Of a stretch of DNA of 64,000 nucleotides, positions 40,843-50,867 are shown one piece after another. The notes under the pieces are model-generated. The model made no database searches and had not been told where the DNA came from. It saw only the letters and a program-made list of their open reading frames with translations. A program made the translations under genes and the position numbers. Numbering within the stretch: the first letter of the stretch is position 1; each line of letters starts with the position of its first letter. The DNA is from Promethearchaeota archaeon Loki_b31 (GTDB taxonomy: Archaea; Asgardarchaeota; Lokiarchaeia; Sigyniarchaeales; SOKP01): NCBI GenBank assembly GCA_005222975.1, contig NJBI01000004.1, forward strand, positions 66,179-130,178. The letters are read 5' to 3'.

Positions 40843-41739
40843 TTAACCTAAGATAATTTTATAGAGATCTTTAGCGAATTGTAGTTGAAATTTTAATAAT
40901 TTATTGGAATCCAAGGTTAAAATTCTGAATTTTACAAAGATTTCGTTGCTAAAGTCTAAAACATGAAAGTGTGGTCGAAAACCAAAAATTTCTCCGTATT
41001 TACCGCATAATCTATTAAATTGGTCTATCTTGATACGGAATTCTCCGTACGGAACTCGCATTTTGAAAGTGTAAGAATGTATTATCTTTTTGCGGTCTTC
41101 AGAAAACGAGTTAAAGAAGTTTTTGACGTCGTTCTCTTCTTGTTTTCTAATAACCTCGTTGTAAGCATCAATGTCTAATCGAGCGTTGCCAACATCTTGG
41201 GGAGCTCGAATTTGTCTTTTAAAGTGAAAATATTTCTTTCTTGATTTGGGCTTTATCGTATAGTTTAACACTATTGACGAAACAACATCAGAATTGGAAA
41301 TTTCTACGATAATACGGTCAAACGTCTCAATAACGATTTTTGTAAGCGTAATAGACTTAATTACGCCCTTATGGCCAGAAATTTTAACTACATCCCCAAT
41401 ATCAATAGGATCTATAACCCATAATAATACACCTGCTACAAAATTAGAAAAAATTCCGCTTGTTACGAACGCTAAAGCTGTGCTTAATGCACCCGTTACT
41501 ATTGCAGTAGTTTCAGGAGGGAGTGTTGTGAACGAGGGAAATCCGTTTATTATAAAGTAAAGTAGGGTTAATATCGACGCTATTCTAATTACAAAAATTA
41601 ATTTATTTTGTTTTACTATAGGGATTTTCCCTATTCGACTAAACAAATACGATAAAAACTTGTTAACAATAACCAATGAAATGGCAATGATAAAAACAAA
41701 AACAAACGCTTCAGGATCACTATTAAAGATTGAGTCTAT
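40843..41739 (-). CDS. MscS-family mechanosensitive channel-like protein (probable ATA start at 41739)
   Basis: SNFVAGVLL, PIDIGDVVKI, GVIKSI, ISNS. The extension completes the first TM helix. Confidence 0.82.
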   Translation of the reverse strand: MDSIFNSDPEAFVFVFIIAISLVIVNKFLSYLFSRIGKIPIVKQNKLIFVIRIASILTLLYFIINGFPSFTTLPPETTAIVTGALSTALAFVTSGIFSNFVAGVLLWVIDPIDIGDVVKISGHKGVIKSITLTKIVIETFDRIIVEISNSDVVSSIVLNYTIKPKSRKKYFHFKRQIRAPQDVGNARLDIDAYNEVIRKQEENDVKNFFNSFSEDRKKIIHSYTFKMRVPYGEFRIKIDQFNRLCGKYGEIFGFRPHFHVLDFSNEIFVKFRILTLDSNKLLKFQLQFAKDLYKIILG

Positions 41740-42683
41740 TTTTCATCACCCTCATCTTCTAATTTTAAATCAGCAAGACTTTCTTGGTATTTATCCCAAC
41801 CCTTATAAATTCTATCGGGATATAAAGCAAAGAGAATGTCTCTAAGAAAAGAATCCAAGTAGTTCATAATAATTAATGGGTTCTCTGACTTCACATACAA
41901 TGTAACTCGAACACGTCCAAATCTCGTGGTGTCAACAGCATAATCGGGTTCGATGCCGAATATTGGTTCATAATCGTTAAATACATTCAGTAACAGCTCA
42001 TCGAGTTTTATTGGGTCTAAGGACCCTAAAATTTCTACTTTTTTGATGTATGTAGTTGTTTTTATATTCGCCGATAAGATCTTATTTATCATTTTAATAT
42101 ATTCTTTATAGTACTTACTTTTGTGAAATTCTTCTTTCTTTAACGGTTCGAATATTTTGAACTTATCGTGAGTGAACTTCACTATAGTAGAACCGTAAAC
42201 GTTACTGTTTGGAATTTTAATCTCAACTCCGTCAAATTCCCGTATTTTAGTATAATTTAAATTGATTTCGCTTACAATTCCTTGTATACCATTGGTTTCT
42301 ATCATATCTCCTATTTCAAATTGCCCTGACGATAACAAAAGCGCTCCTGAAGCCATATTATTAATGATATTTTTAAAATTTAACGACACGGCAACGATTA
42401 AAAATGGAACTATGGCGAAAAATAAAGTATCTTCAATAACATACAGTAACCAGAATAAGAAAATGCTCCATATAATTGTTATAGCAATTGAAACAACAGT
42501 TCGATAAGAGCGCTTTTTGAATAAATACGTAGAAAAACTATTCAATAGTTTGCGTATGATGTAAATGATTATATTTATTATAATCAAATTTTTTACAGAT
42601 TGTTCCCAAGGTGGAAGATAAATTACCCATACCACGGTGATAATGAGTATAAAGTAAACGAGAAAGTAGTATTTTTTTTTCAT
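41736..42683 (-). CDS. MscS-family mechanosensitive channel-like protein
   Basis: NNMASG, FEIGDMIE, GIVSEINL..TKIREFDG..IKIPNS. Confidence 0.88.
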   Translation of the reverse strand: MKKKYYFLVYFILIITVVWVIYLPPWEQSVKNLIIINIIIYIIRKLLNSFSTYLFKKRSYRTVVSIAITIIWSIFLFWLLYVIEDTLFFAIVPFLIVAVSLNFKNIINNMASGALLLSSGQFEIGDMIETNGIQGIVSEINLNYTKIREFDGVEIKIPNSNVYGSTIVKFTHDKFKIFEPLKKEEFHKSKYYKEYIKMINKILSANIKTTTYIKKVEILGSLDPIKLDELLLNVFNDYEPIFGIEPDYAVDTTRFGRVRVTLYVKSENPLIIMNYLDSFLRDILFALYPDRIYKGWDKYQESLADLKLEDEGDEK

Positions 42684-42883
42684 AATTTTATATTTTGATG
42701 GCTAATTTATAAAACTGTTGTAAAGCGTCACAAACAAAAATTTAAAGTAATTAGAACCTAAAATAATAGTAAATAAGTTATTAGTTTTTATTATTTTTTT
42801 AATAAACTATTTATGTCAAACTAACCTAAGTTTTATTTAGCAATAAAAGTACATTTCTGTAAAAATGTGAGGTGTGCGAAAAA

Positions 42884-43360
42884 ATGATGCATAATAATAT
42901 GGAAAACTTACCGTCTGATTACGAAAAAGACCTTAGCATATTGGAAAACCAAATTACAGAATTATTTGCTCTTCTGGAAAAAAAAGAAATACAAGTATCT
43001 CAATTAAAAGACGAGAACGCAGAATTAAGTGCTCGGATTCAGAATCTACAAAAACAATTAAATCAACCTCAACAACAAGTAAGTCCGCCTCAGCAACAAG
43101 TAAGTCCGCCTCAGCAACAAGTAAGTCCGCCTCAACATACGAATCAACAAATAGATACAATAAGAGTGCCTAATCAGGATATATCTATAGCAACCTCACC
43201 TAGCACCAGCTATTCTACTCTTAAAAGAAAATGTCCTAAATGCGGAGCTATGGGTTTCGCCATCAAGGAAGTTTATGATAAAACGCGTTTGATTAGCTAC
43301 GTGCCAACAAGAATTTACGCGAAAAAACGAGTCTGCACTAAATGTAGGTATGAGTTTTAA
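42884..43360 (+). CDS. Coiled-coil protein with a PQQQVSP repeat and a C-terminal zinc ribbon
   Basis: Heptad coiled coil, then CPKCG...CTKC. Confidence 0.75.
   Translation: MMHNNMENLPSDYEKDLSILENQITELFALLEKKEIQVSQLKDENAELSARIQNLQKQLNQPQQQVSPPQQQVSPPQQQVSPPQHTNQQIDTIRVPNQDISIATSPSTSYSTLKRKCPKCGAMGFAIKEVYDKTRLISYVPTRIYAKKRVCTKCRYEF
43067..43136 (+). repeat. 21-bp tandem repeat, 3.3 copies (cctcarcaacaagtaagtccg), in frame
   Basis: Read directly; encodes (PQQQVSP)3. Confidence 0.95.
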
Positions 43361-43369
43361 ATCGCACAT

Positions 43370-44086
43370 TTAAATTCGGTTTTTCCACCAATAGGGAACA
43401 TTCATCGAGATAAATCGATCTTTAACAAACAATTTGATTTTATTTTCGGTTAAAGTGAATGCGATTCCACCTAAAAAGGGAACCCATTCCGCGTCAGGAG
43501 GTATTCCAAACCATCCGAATCGTAATGCCATTAAAAAAATATCGTGTGTTATGTGAATGTCGATCCCTCTCTCCTGAGCATTCTTATTTTCTTTCCAAAT
43601 AACATCTGCCGCGTTTCGACAGTATGTCTGAAGTGGATTTATTCGTTCCGGAGAATAAAACCCAACTGCCCAGCGATACAAAAAAGGTAAGTGAGATTCT
43701 TCCTTTACAATATCTACGAAAAATTTTGGAGCAGTTCCCGCGAAAAATAAAGGTGTAATTACCCCCTTTAACACCCCTTTTCCTCCAACATCTTCAAATC
43801 CGATTAAAATATCTTCTGCTGTTTCTTTACAGCGACCTACAGGACTGTGATACAATCTGATTGCTCTCTCTTTAGGTAACTTTTTACCAAAAATCGTAGC
43901 TACATGATGTCCTTGAGGAGTTAACCTTATATCATGTAATTCCTCTAATTCAGAGGGATTTTTTCTATGGGAATGTCGCAGAATTAAAATTATCTTCGAA
44001 TCTACTGGAAATTTATTAAGAGCTTTAATGATATTACGCGCCTGTACGGTCCATTCAGCGCTTTCCCAAATATTTTCTTTATACAT
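43370..44086 (-). CDS. Histidine phosphatase superfamily protein
   Basis: LILRHS, LTPQG, HSPVGRCKETA, ITHD. Confidence 0.87.
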   Translation of the reverse strand: MYKENIWESAEWTVQARNIIKALNKFPVDSKIILILRHSHRKNPSELEELHDIRLTPQGHHVATIFGKKLPKERAIRLYHSPVGRCKETAEDILIGFEDVGGKGVLKGVITPLFFAGTAPKFFVDIVKEESHLPFLYRWAVGFYSPERINPLQTYCRNAADVIWKENKNAQERGIDIHITHDIFLMALRFGWFGIPPDAEWVPFLGGIAFTLTENKIKLFVKDRFISMNVPYWWKNRI

Positions 44087-44181
44087 CTTACATAATTAAA
44101 ATTTATAAAATTAAAAAAGTTATTTTTAGCAAATCCACTTTCTCGAAAAAGTAAACGCTTTTGAACCTCTATAACTTAAAT

Positions 44182-45747
44182 TTAAAATTGTTCTTTTGGT
44201 AAATACATTAAGGAATTGATTAGATCAGATACACATTGAGCTGTGGGGTGTAATTTATTCATATCGATTTTATCTAGTGTATCTTCTGCTGTAAGTAGAT
44301 AATAAGGAGATCTAATCCAATGTATAACTTTTAAATCGCCATGAATAGCAAAATGGCCCGCTTCACCGATCGGAGGCGTTGCAAAGAAATTATCGGGAAC
44401 TAGTATCATATTTTCAATCTTATGTTCTTTAAAAGCTTTAACTGTAAGCGCTACTAAACTTTCGGTTTGTGAAATGAAAACAGCACCTAACGCTAAATTC
44501 TTAGTTAGTTTAAAATTATGCGTTTGAGGGTCTTCTGTGACTTCTCTAGCACATAAATGTTCCAGATTCACATCTACTAGTACATCTTTTAATAAATTGT
44601 TTTTATATTTCCGGGCGAATTTTTCAGCACCTATCCCTCCGTAGAGATGTCCCGCTGATAAACAAAACAATAAAGATCTAGGTCTTTCGCTCTTAGGAAT
44701 TTTTGACCACGCCCTTAATTGAGCTAATACCATAGCAATACCCGTTCCATCTTCGGATGCGCCTTTAAACGCCGAATCGTGATGACTTGAGATCATTATT
44801 GATTCCTCAGAATTTCCTGGTAGAATACCCCATACATTATGAGCTTTAGTCGTTTCGCTATATCCTTCGAGAATTAAGGTTCCATGAGAATCTTTAGCTT
44901 GTGCTAATTCTCTAACTTTTATGCCATCATATTTTCCCACATATAAAGCTGGAATTGGTTTCATAGCGCCATCGTAGGGCCCCCAATGACTATTCACATT
45001 TGAAGGGTAGTCTCTTAAAATGAGAACTAATCCCAAGGCTCCACCATTAAATGCTCGCCAATATACAGAATGTTCTCTAGGTTTTCCTCCCAATGATTGT
45101 GGGGGAAAATTTGATAATGCAAAAGTTAAAACAAGTTCTGTCGTTTCATCGATGATATTAGTAGGATCAGAAACATAATACGGTTCTGCTAGTTTCATTA
45201 ATTTTCCAAAAGGCATGGTTGGAAATTCAATATCGGCAACTACAATTTTACCTTTAACATCTTTATTCTTAAAATCTTTTTTTTGCCCAGTTCCCACGTA
45301 AACTAAAGAAGCTTCTATTCCTTCATTATCGGTAAACCCCGTATTTAACACGTAAAAACAAGGAACCTCAATTTGGTCTCTATCTCCCGATATAATTAAT
45401 TTCCAATTCGTTGCAACCCAATTTACAATATCAATTGGTTCCTTTTTTACTGATTCCAGCCCTAATTCTTTTAATTTACTTTCTAAAAAATTTTCAATTA
45501 TATTCCCCTGTTTTGTTCCTATTCTCCTGTGAGGTTCTTTACAAATAATCTCTAAATCTGTTTTAATAGTTTCTAAGGAAGGAGCTTCAATCTGACATTT
45601 AGGATCACTCCAATTTAATAGGAATTCTCCTACTTGCTTTCTCATCTTTCTCATTTTAGGGATTAATTTCAATAAATTAATTAAAAATTTCTTTTTTGAC
45701 ATGTGAAATTCAGGCGAGGGCTCGAAATCTTGTTCTATTTCTTTCAT
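44182..45747 (-). CDS. PA-domain M28 peptidase-like protein with a degenerate metal site
   Basis: DVKGKIVV (PA), HNVWGILPG, SSHHDS, GASEDGTG. SAGH replaces xGEE. Confidence 0.78.
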   Translation of the reverse strand: MKEIEQDFEPSPEFHMSKKKFLINLLKLIPKMRKMRKQVGEFLLNWSDPKCQIEAPSLETIKTDLEIICKEPHRRIGTKQGNIIENFLESKLKELGLESVKKEPIDIVNWVATNWKLIISGDRDQIEVPCFYVLNTGFTDNEGIEASLVYVGTGQKKDFKNKDVKGKIVVADIEFPTMPFGKLMKLAEPYYVSDPTNIIDETTELVLTFALSNFPPQSLGGKPREHSVYWRAFNGGALGLVLILRDYPSNVNSHWGPYDGAMKPIPALYVGKYDGIKVRELAQAKDSHGTLILEGYSETTKAHNVWGILPGNSEESIMISSHHDSAFKGASEDGTGIAMVLAQLRAWSKIPKSERPRSLLFCLSAGHLYGGIGAEKFARKYKNNLLKDVLVDVNLEHLCAREVTEDPQTHNFKLTKNLALGAVFISQTESLVALTVKAFKEHKIENMILVPDNFFATPPIGEAGHFAIHGDLKVIHWIRSPYYLLTAEDTLDKIDMNKLHPTAQCVSDLINSLMYLPKEQF

Positions 45748-45869
45748 CGTTCAATTAATATTTGATTTTTTAGAAATATATAATTTAGTCATATGAAATT
45801 ATTCTACTTACTAATTTATTAAATTATTAACTAAAACTAAGATTTTTATAAAACAAACAACGCGTTTAA

Positions 45870-47246
45870 TTACTTTTTTTGTTTTAATATTATTTTTGAA
45901 CAATCGATAGCGCTTTGTGCTGCTAATTCAGTTCCAATTCCCCAACCACCTGCGTCTCCGCCAACTACGTATAGCCCTTCTATAGGTAGAGATGTGGCGG
46001 GTCTATTTACTCCTGTCTGATCTACAGTTTGTGATACTCCAATAACGGATGCTTCTTTTCCACCTATTGATTCGATATCTTTTGGCGTCGTGACTTCCAT
46101 CCACATTAAGTTATTTTGGAATTTTGGGAACATTTCTTCAAGAGTTTCCATTGTACTACTTATCCATTTTTCTCTATTTCTTTCAAAATTTTCCCGAGGT
46201 ACTGCCGTTCCCGCGATAATTAGTTGCTTTCCTTTTGGTGCTAGTTCTGGGTCATAATTCGAAGGGATAGGAACGAATAAATCTACTTTGTCAGGGACTT
46301 CTCCTTCCAAAACTGTATTAATTTTTTCCTCAAAATCTAGAGATATTGAATTAATTACTTTAAAATGAGTTATTGGTTTTTTTAATGCTAATTTAAGAGA
46401 AAAAGCGCTCATCGAATACTTAAGTTTGTCAATTTTTTCAAGATATATTTTATCGAAATAGTTTCTACCAACCATATTATTTATAGTTTCTTTTATCCCT
46501 GCATTGCTAATGACCAATTGAGACGAAATAAATTTATTATTATCGAGTTCAACGCCTTGGATTTTTCCATCCTCGATGATAATTTTTTTGGCCGTGACCC
46601 CTGTTTCCACAGTACCCCCAAATTTTTCAATCGCTTTAGCATAAGCAAGAGGTATTGATATACATCCACCTTTAGGATACCCAGTACTCCTATTTTGCAC
46701 AAGTGAAGACAAACATCTCACAAACTCACCAGCAGAAGCCTCATTGTAAGAAACTACAAAATATAAACCGCAGATAATATTGATAAACGAGTGGACAAGT
46801 TTATTATCGGAATATTTTGATAACCATGTTTTAATGCTAAGATTATCAAGTTCTTTTGTATCCTTTATCCGCATTATATCTCTAAGTATTTTTATAAGGC
46901 TGGAAAAATCGGAAGGAGGAATCAATTTTTCAAGTTCTTTAGGAAATTTCCAAAATTTTCCCTGATAATATTGTACCGGCCCTGGATTTCGCGCTAGAAC
47001 CCAATCAACAGCATCCTCCATATTAATCATTTTTAATACTGTTCCAAGGGGACCATTACTCGTTCTTCCAAAGGAATGCACACCTATATCTATTTTAAAA
47101 CCCTCTTTTTCATATGTACTACAACGACCACCAATAAATTGATTTTTCTCTATAAGGAGAGTTTTTAATCCATTAGACGCCAGAATAGCTCCAGAAGCTG
47201 TACCTCCAACTCCACCACCAATTATAACAACATCATATTTTGACAT
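45870..47246 (-). CDS. Phytoene-desaturase-like (COG1233) FAD oxidoreductase
   Basis: IIGGGVGG, EK...IGGR, DIGVH, YPKGG, IEGLYVVG. Confidence 0.87.
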   Translation of the reverse strand: MSKYDVVIIGGGVGGTASGAILASNGLKTLLIEKNQFIGGRCSTYEKEGFKIDIGVHSFGRTSNGPLGTVLKMINMEDAVDWVLARNPGPVQYYQGKFWKFPKELEKLIPPSDFSSLIKILRDIMRIKDTKELDNLSIKTWLSKYSDNKLVHSFINIICGLYFVVSYNEASAGEFVRCLSSLVQNRSTGYPKGGCISIPLAYAKAIEKFGGTVETGVTAKKIIIEDGKIQGVELDNNKFISSQLVISNAGIKETINNMVGRNYFDKIYLEKIDKLKYSMSAFSLKLALKKPITHFKVINSISLDFEEKINTVLEGEVPDKVDLFVPIPSNYDPELAPKGKQLIIAGTAVPRENFERNREKWISSTMETLEEMFPKFQNNLMWMEVTTPKDIESIGGKEASVIGVSQTVDQTGVNRPATSLPIEGLYVVGGDAGGWGIGTELAAQSAIDCSKIILKQKK

Positions 47247-47458
47247 CTTTAATCATCACTCTTATATTTTAATTATATACTTTTTTATCCAATATTACTC
47301 CAAAATAAAACATTTAAACAATTAAATGTTTAGAAATAGATTTTTTTATAAAAAACAACTTTGAATTAGTTCAAAGAAGAGCACAAAAAAGGGAATAATT
47401 AATAACCACATCATGGTTTTCCCGGAAAACTAAATTTAAAAATTTTAAATAAAAAGAG

Positions 47459-48136
47459 TTACAAATAAGGTTGATCTCGAATTTTTTTGCGAGCTCCGAA
47501 TTTTTTTGCTCGGATATTCCAACCTAGATTTCCCATTTTTGTATATAGGGTAATGGGCATGAACTTTTTTCCTACAAGCTCTATGGCTTCTTCTGGAATC
47601 TTTTCTCCTTCGGATAAAGCTTGCGCTGCAATATCAAATCCTTTCGTTACATTTCTCACCATTCCTCCGCGTTCTTCTAAGGATTTACCACCAAATGCTC
47701 CACCCATTCCAAGCGTTAAAGCACCTTTCCACTCAAATCCTACTTCACGAGCAAATATTTTACAAATTGACACCGCAACATTATTATGTTGTGTTTCTGG
47801 AAAACCACAGTTGATTATCACGACAAATCCTTGTTTTTTCGGATTGCTCATTGACTGTTTGTGATCAGAAATGAGTTCTAGCGCTTTAATAACCCCAGCA
47901 GGCAAACAATCAATGTAAAGAGGGAACGCTAAAATTATGAGATCAGCATCTTCCACCTTAAGAAGTAATTTTTTCTGCCCATCTTCTTTTTTAACGAGTT
48001 TATAAAGATATTCCGTATCTATAGATAACCCTAATTCCTCTAACCTTGAAGTTAAAGAATTTCCAAGAGAAACAGAACTGCTTAATGAGCCCTTAGGACT
48101 TCCAACAAGTAATAAAACATTTTCATATTTTTTCAT
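47459..48136 (-). CDS. Flavodoxin-like / NADPH-dependent FMN reductase-family protein
   Basis: VGSPKG, AFPLYIDCLP, NCGFPE. Confidence 0.82.
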   Translation of the reverse strand: MKKYENVLLLVGSPKGSLSSSVSLGNSLTSRLEELGLSIDTEYLYKLVKKEDGQKKLLLKVEDADLIILAFPLYIDCLPAGVIKALELISDHKQSMSNPKKQGFVVIINCGFPETQHNNVAVSICKIFAREVGFEWKGALTLGMGGAFGGKSLEERGGMVRNVTKGFDIAAQALSEGEKIPEEAIELVGKKFMPITLYTKMGNLGWNIRAKKFGARKKIRDQPYL

Positions 48137-48720
48137 AATATCGCCTTTACCTCTCTTAATGCATTATTAAAATTATTAACGAAATCTAGCGAATCTTGAC
48201 CTCTTGTGTATATCATCGCTCGTTGATATGGGCTCCACATATTAATTGAATTGCGAGCAACTAAAGTTTTAAAAACTTCCTCTTTTTCAGCATCAGGATT
48301 ATCTAAAATTCCTATACCTAATAACGATTGTTCCTTTTCGTACCTCTTTTTGTGGTGAACTTCTCCATCAATTTTCGTAAAATAAGGTAAAACTCGAGAG
48401 ATTTGACGATCTAAAGCCTTCTTTAGAATTGACGAGTACCCCCCAAAAACTATAGGAGTTATGTATATTATAAGATCGCTGTGAACCATCTTCCTTACAA
48501 TGGTTTCTTCATAATCTTTAATTACGCATTCACCGGGCGTTTGGACCCAACATCCAAAACAACCAGTACAATACGCAATATTTTTATCTTCAAGAATTAT
48601 TGAAGTCGCATCCCAATTTAACTTTTTAAGTTCTTCCAGCATCATTTCGTGAATCTTCGCCGATTCACTGTCGTCCGTTTTACTTCCAATTAAAATTATC
48701 GCTTTCATTTTAGTTGTCAA
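48133..48720 (-). CDS. Iron-sulfur flavoprotein-like flavodoxin family protein
   Basis: CTGCFGCW..TPGECVIKD, TPIVFGGYS, KKALDR. Its stop overlaps the next start. Confidence 0.85.
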   Translation of the reverse strand: MTTKMKAIILIGSKTDDSESAKIHEMMLEELKKLNWDATSIILEDKNIAYCTGCFGCWVQTPGECVIKDYEETIVRKMVHSDLIIYITPIVFGGYSSILKKALDRQISRVLPYFTKIDGEVHHKKRYEKEQSLLGIGILDNPDAEKEEVFKTLVARNSINMWSPYQRAMIYTRGQDSLDFVNNFNNALREVKAIL

Positions 48721-48891
48721 TAAGATTTATTTTTGATTTATTTTAAATTTTATTTGATAATTGAAATCTATAATTCCTCAATTAAAAAAAAAGAGTAGAC
48801 CAGTATTTATCTATTATTATAAAAAATGTTGTTTCAATTTTACACTAATATCTAAGAACGGTGTGAAAATTTAAAAGAAAATAAAAATCTT

Positions 48892-49347
48892 CTATTTTGA
48901 ATCCTTTCGAAGATATTTAGCTTTTATTAGGTTATCTAATATTCTTCTTAAATAACCTTCAAATTCATCTATTTCTTCTTCGGTTAGCGTTCCGTAAAAC
49001 ACTTCAGTCATTTTTTTTGAAACTTCTATGTATTTTTTTTGAAGATTTTTACTCTTTTCAGACAGTTTGACTTTGATGATTCTTCTATCTTTACCTTTCT
49101 TTCGGTTCAGAAAACCTGCGTTTTCAAGCCTATCTAGCATTGTTGTTAACGTAGATTTAGTTAATTGAGTTTTTAGTGACAGTTCACGAATCGATATATT
49201 ATCATTCTGCCAAAGTGCAAATAATATCCGCCCTTGTCCTGGGTTTAACTCTTTAATTCCATATTCTTTTAACATCTGTTTAAAGATTCTATTTGTGATT
49301 TGGTGTATTTTTGCTATAAGGAATCCACCCTCACGCTGATCTTTCAT
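48892..49347 (-). CDS. MarR-family transcriptional regulator
   Basis: QGRILFALW, KSTLTTMLDRLE, DRR. Confidence 0.92.
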   Translation of the reverse strand: MKDQREGGFLIAKIHQITNRIFKQMLKEYGIKELNPGQGRILFALWQNDNISIRELSLKTQLTKSTLTTMLDRLENAGFLNRKKGKDRRIIKVKLSEKSKNLQKKYIEVSKKMTEVFYGTLTEEEIDEFEGYLRRILDNLIKAKYLRKDSK

Positions 49348-49355
49348 GTTCTCAC

Positions 49356-49826
49356 TCAGAACTCAAAATTTACCTGATTTAATTTATAATAATACTTTGC
49401 GTTTTTTGGTTCCAATCGAAGTAGTGTATAATCTGGATCTTCTACTCCTTCTGGATAATATCGTGTCCACCAATCTAACCAGATTATCTTCTTTAACTCC
49501 ATATCATCAACAATTTCTACTGAACCTCCTAACATAAAACCCTTAAAATCTTCTGCGTCGCAGAAATATACACACATCTTAGGATTTTTGTTTAGATGAG
49601 CAACCTTACTTGAAGAAGTATTAGTTGAAATGTAGATTGTAAATTGGTTTTGTTGATTTTCAAAAAATTCTGAAAATTCAGGGAATTGCTCCTTATTTCT
49701 TAGATTAAACATTGCTCGCGTTATTGGAAAACCATCTGGATCAATTGTTGTTAGAATTACAGCTTTTGATTCTTCCATTAATTTTAATCCCGATTTTTTA
49801 GCTTCTTTCACGTCCATTTTTACCAC
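49356..49826 (-). CDS. Pyridoxamine 5'-phosphate oxidase-like FMN-binding (general stress protein 26) family
   Basis: GFPITRAM, TNTSSSKV, NPK, YYPEGVEDPDY. Confidence 0.87.
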   Translation of the reverse strand: MVKMDVKEAKKSGLKLMEESKAVILTTIDPDGFPITRAMFNLRNKEQFPEFSEFFENQQNQFTIYISTNTSSSKVAHLNKNPKMCVYFCDAEDFKGFMLGGSVEIVDDMELKKIIWLDWWTRYYPEGVEDPDYTLLRLEPKNAKYYYKLNQVNFEF

Positions 49827-49848
49827 TTCTTTTTCCTTTAAATTTTAG

Positions 49849-50187
49849 TTATAACTTTTGTCGAATTTCTTCTAAATTTTGTTTAGCGCTCGGAGATTTT
49901 TCAAGACTATTTTTCAGAATGTCACAAATATAATCTTCACAGTAAGCGCAATTTTCTAATTTTTTCTCTGTGCAACATATTCTAATATCACAGTTTGGAA
50001 CCCAGCTAAAATGTCTTCCTTCTTTACAGCAACCATCGCAATAAATTTCCTCAGGTGTGAATTTCATCGCATCACTTGACCATTCGTCTGCAATCTTTTT
50101 TATTTTTTCTTCGTCATTTTTTTGAGTTGCTAAATATGCTGGACATTCGGCACAATTTATTCCACAAAACGATAATATTTTTCCCAT
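49849..50187 (-). CDS. DUF3795 family Cys-rich protein
   Basis: CGINCAECPAY, CDGC, CDIRICC, NCAYC. Confidence 0.87.
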   Translation of the reverse strand: MGKILSFCGINCAECPAYLATQKNDEEKIKKIADEWSSDAMKFTPEEIYCDGCCKEGRHFSWVPNCDIRICCTEKKLENCAYCEDYICDILKNSLEKSPSAKQNLEEIRQKL

Positions 50188-50380
50188 TACATTCACCTAG
50201 ATATACTTTCAATCTTGTATACTAATTTTAATTATATTGTTTGATATAGTACTATCCTATATCGTATTTAAATATTGTGAAATCCACAAAGTTTGTTACC
50301 AATAGGAGAGAAGGTTAAAACCAAGGTAAAAAGCAGCTTTAAACAGAATATTCTTAAACATTATTTTATTAAACCTTAAT

Positions 50381-50791
50381 ATGCCGAAAAATTTTCCTAT
50401 GAATTTAAAAGGATTCCACCCATTTGGGGATTTAATTGGCTTGAGTTTTACAAAATTCGAGAATGGATACTCTCAATGCACTTTAGATGTTGTTGACAAA
50501 TTGTTAAACCCTCACAAGGTAGTCCATGGTGGTGTGCTATATTCGATGGCAGATACGGGTATGGGTGCTGCGCTTTATTCCAATTTAGATAAAAATGAAC
50601 TTTGCGCAACAATAGAAATTAAAATTATCTACTTTAAAGCTGTTAAATCAGGTGTTCTCATTTGCGATACAAAAGTAATCCATAAAGGTAAAAAAATAGC
50701 TACAATGGAATCAGAAATTATAAATGAAGAACAAATAGTCGCTAAAGCAATAGGAACATTTTCAATATTTAAAATTAAAAATAATCCATAA
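50381..50791 (+). CDS. PaaI-family thioesterase
   Basis: NPHKVVHGG...ADTGMG. Confidence 0.92.
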   Translation: MPKNFPMNLKGFHPFGDLIGLSFTKFENGYSQCTLDVVDKLLNPHKVVHGGVLYSMADTGMGAALYSNLDKNELCATIEIKIIYFKAVKSGVLICDTKVIHKGKKIATMESEIINEEQIVAKAIGTFSIFKIKNNP

Positions 50792-50867
50792 ACACTTAAA
50801 ATTCAAAGAAAAATTCATTTTAGGAAAATATTTTTCAAGATTCAAAAATAATAATGAAATTCTACGC

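Noticed and set aside
43067-43136. 21-bp repeats as a CRISPR array
   Set aside because: No spacers, in frame within a CDS, and no cas genes nearby.
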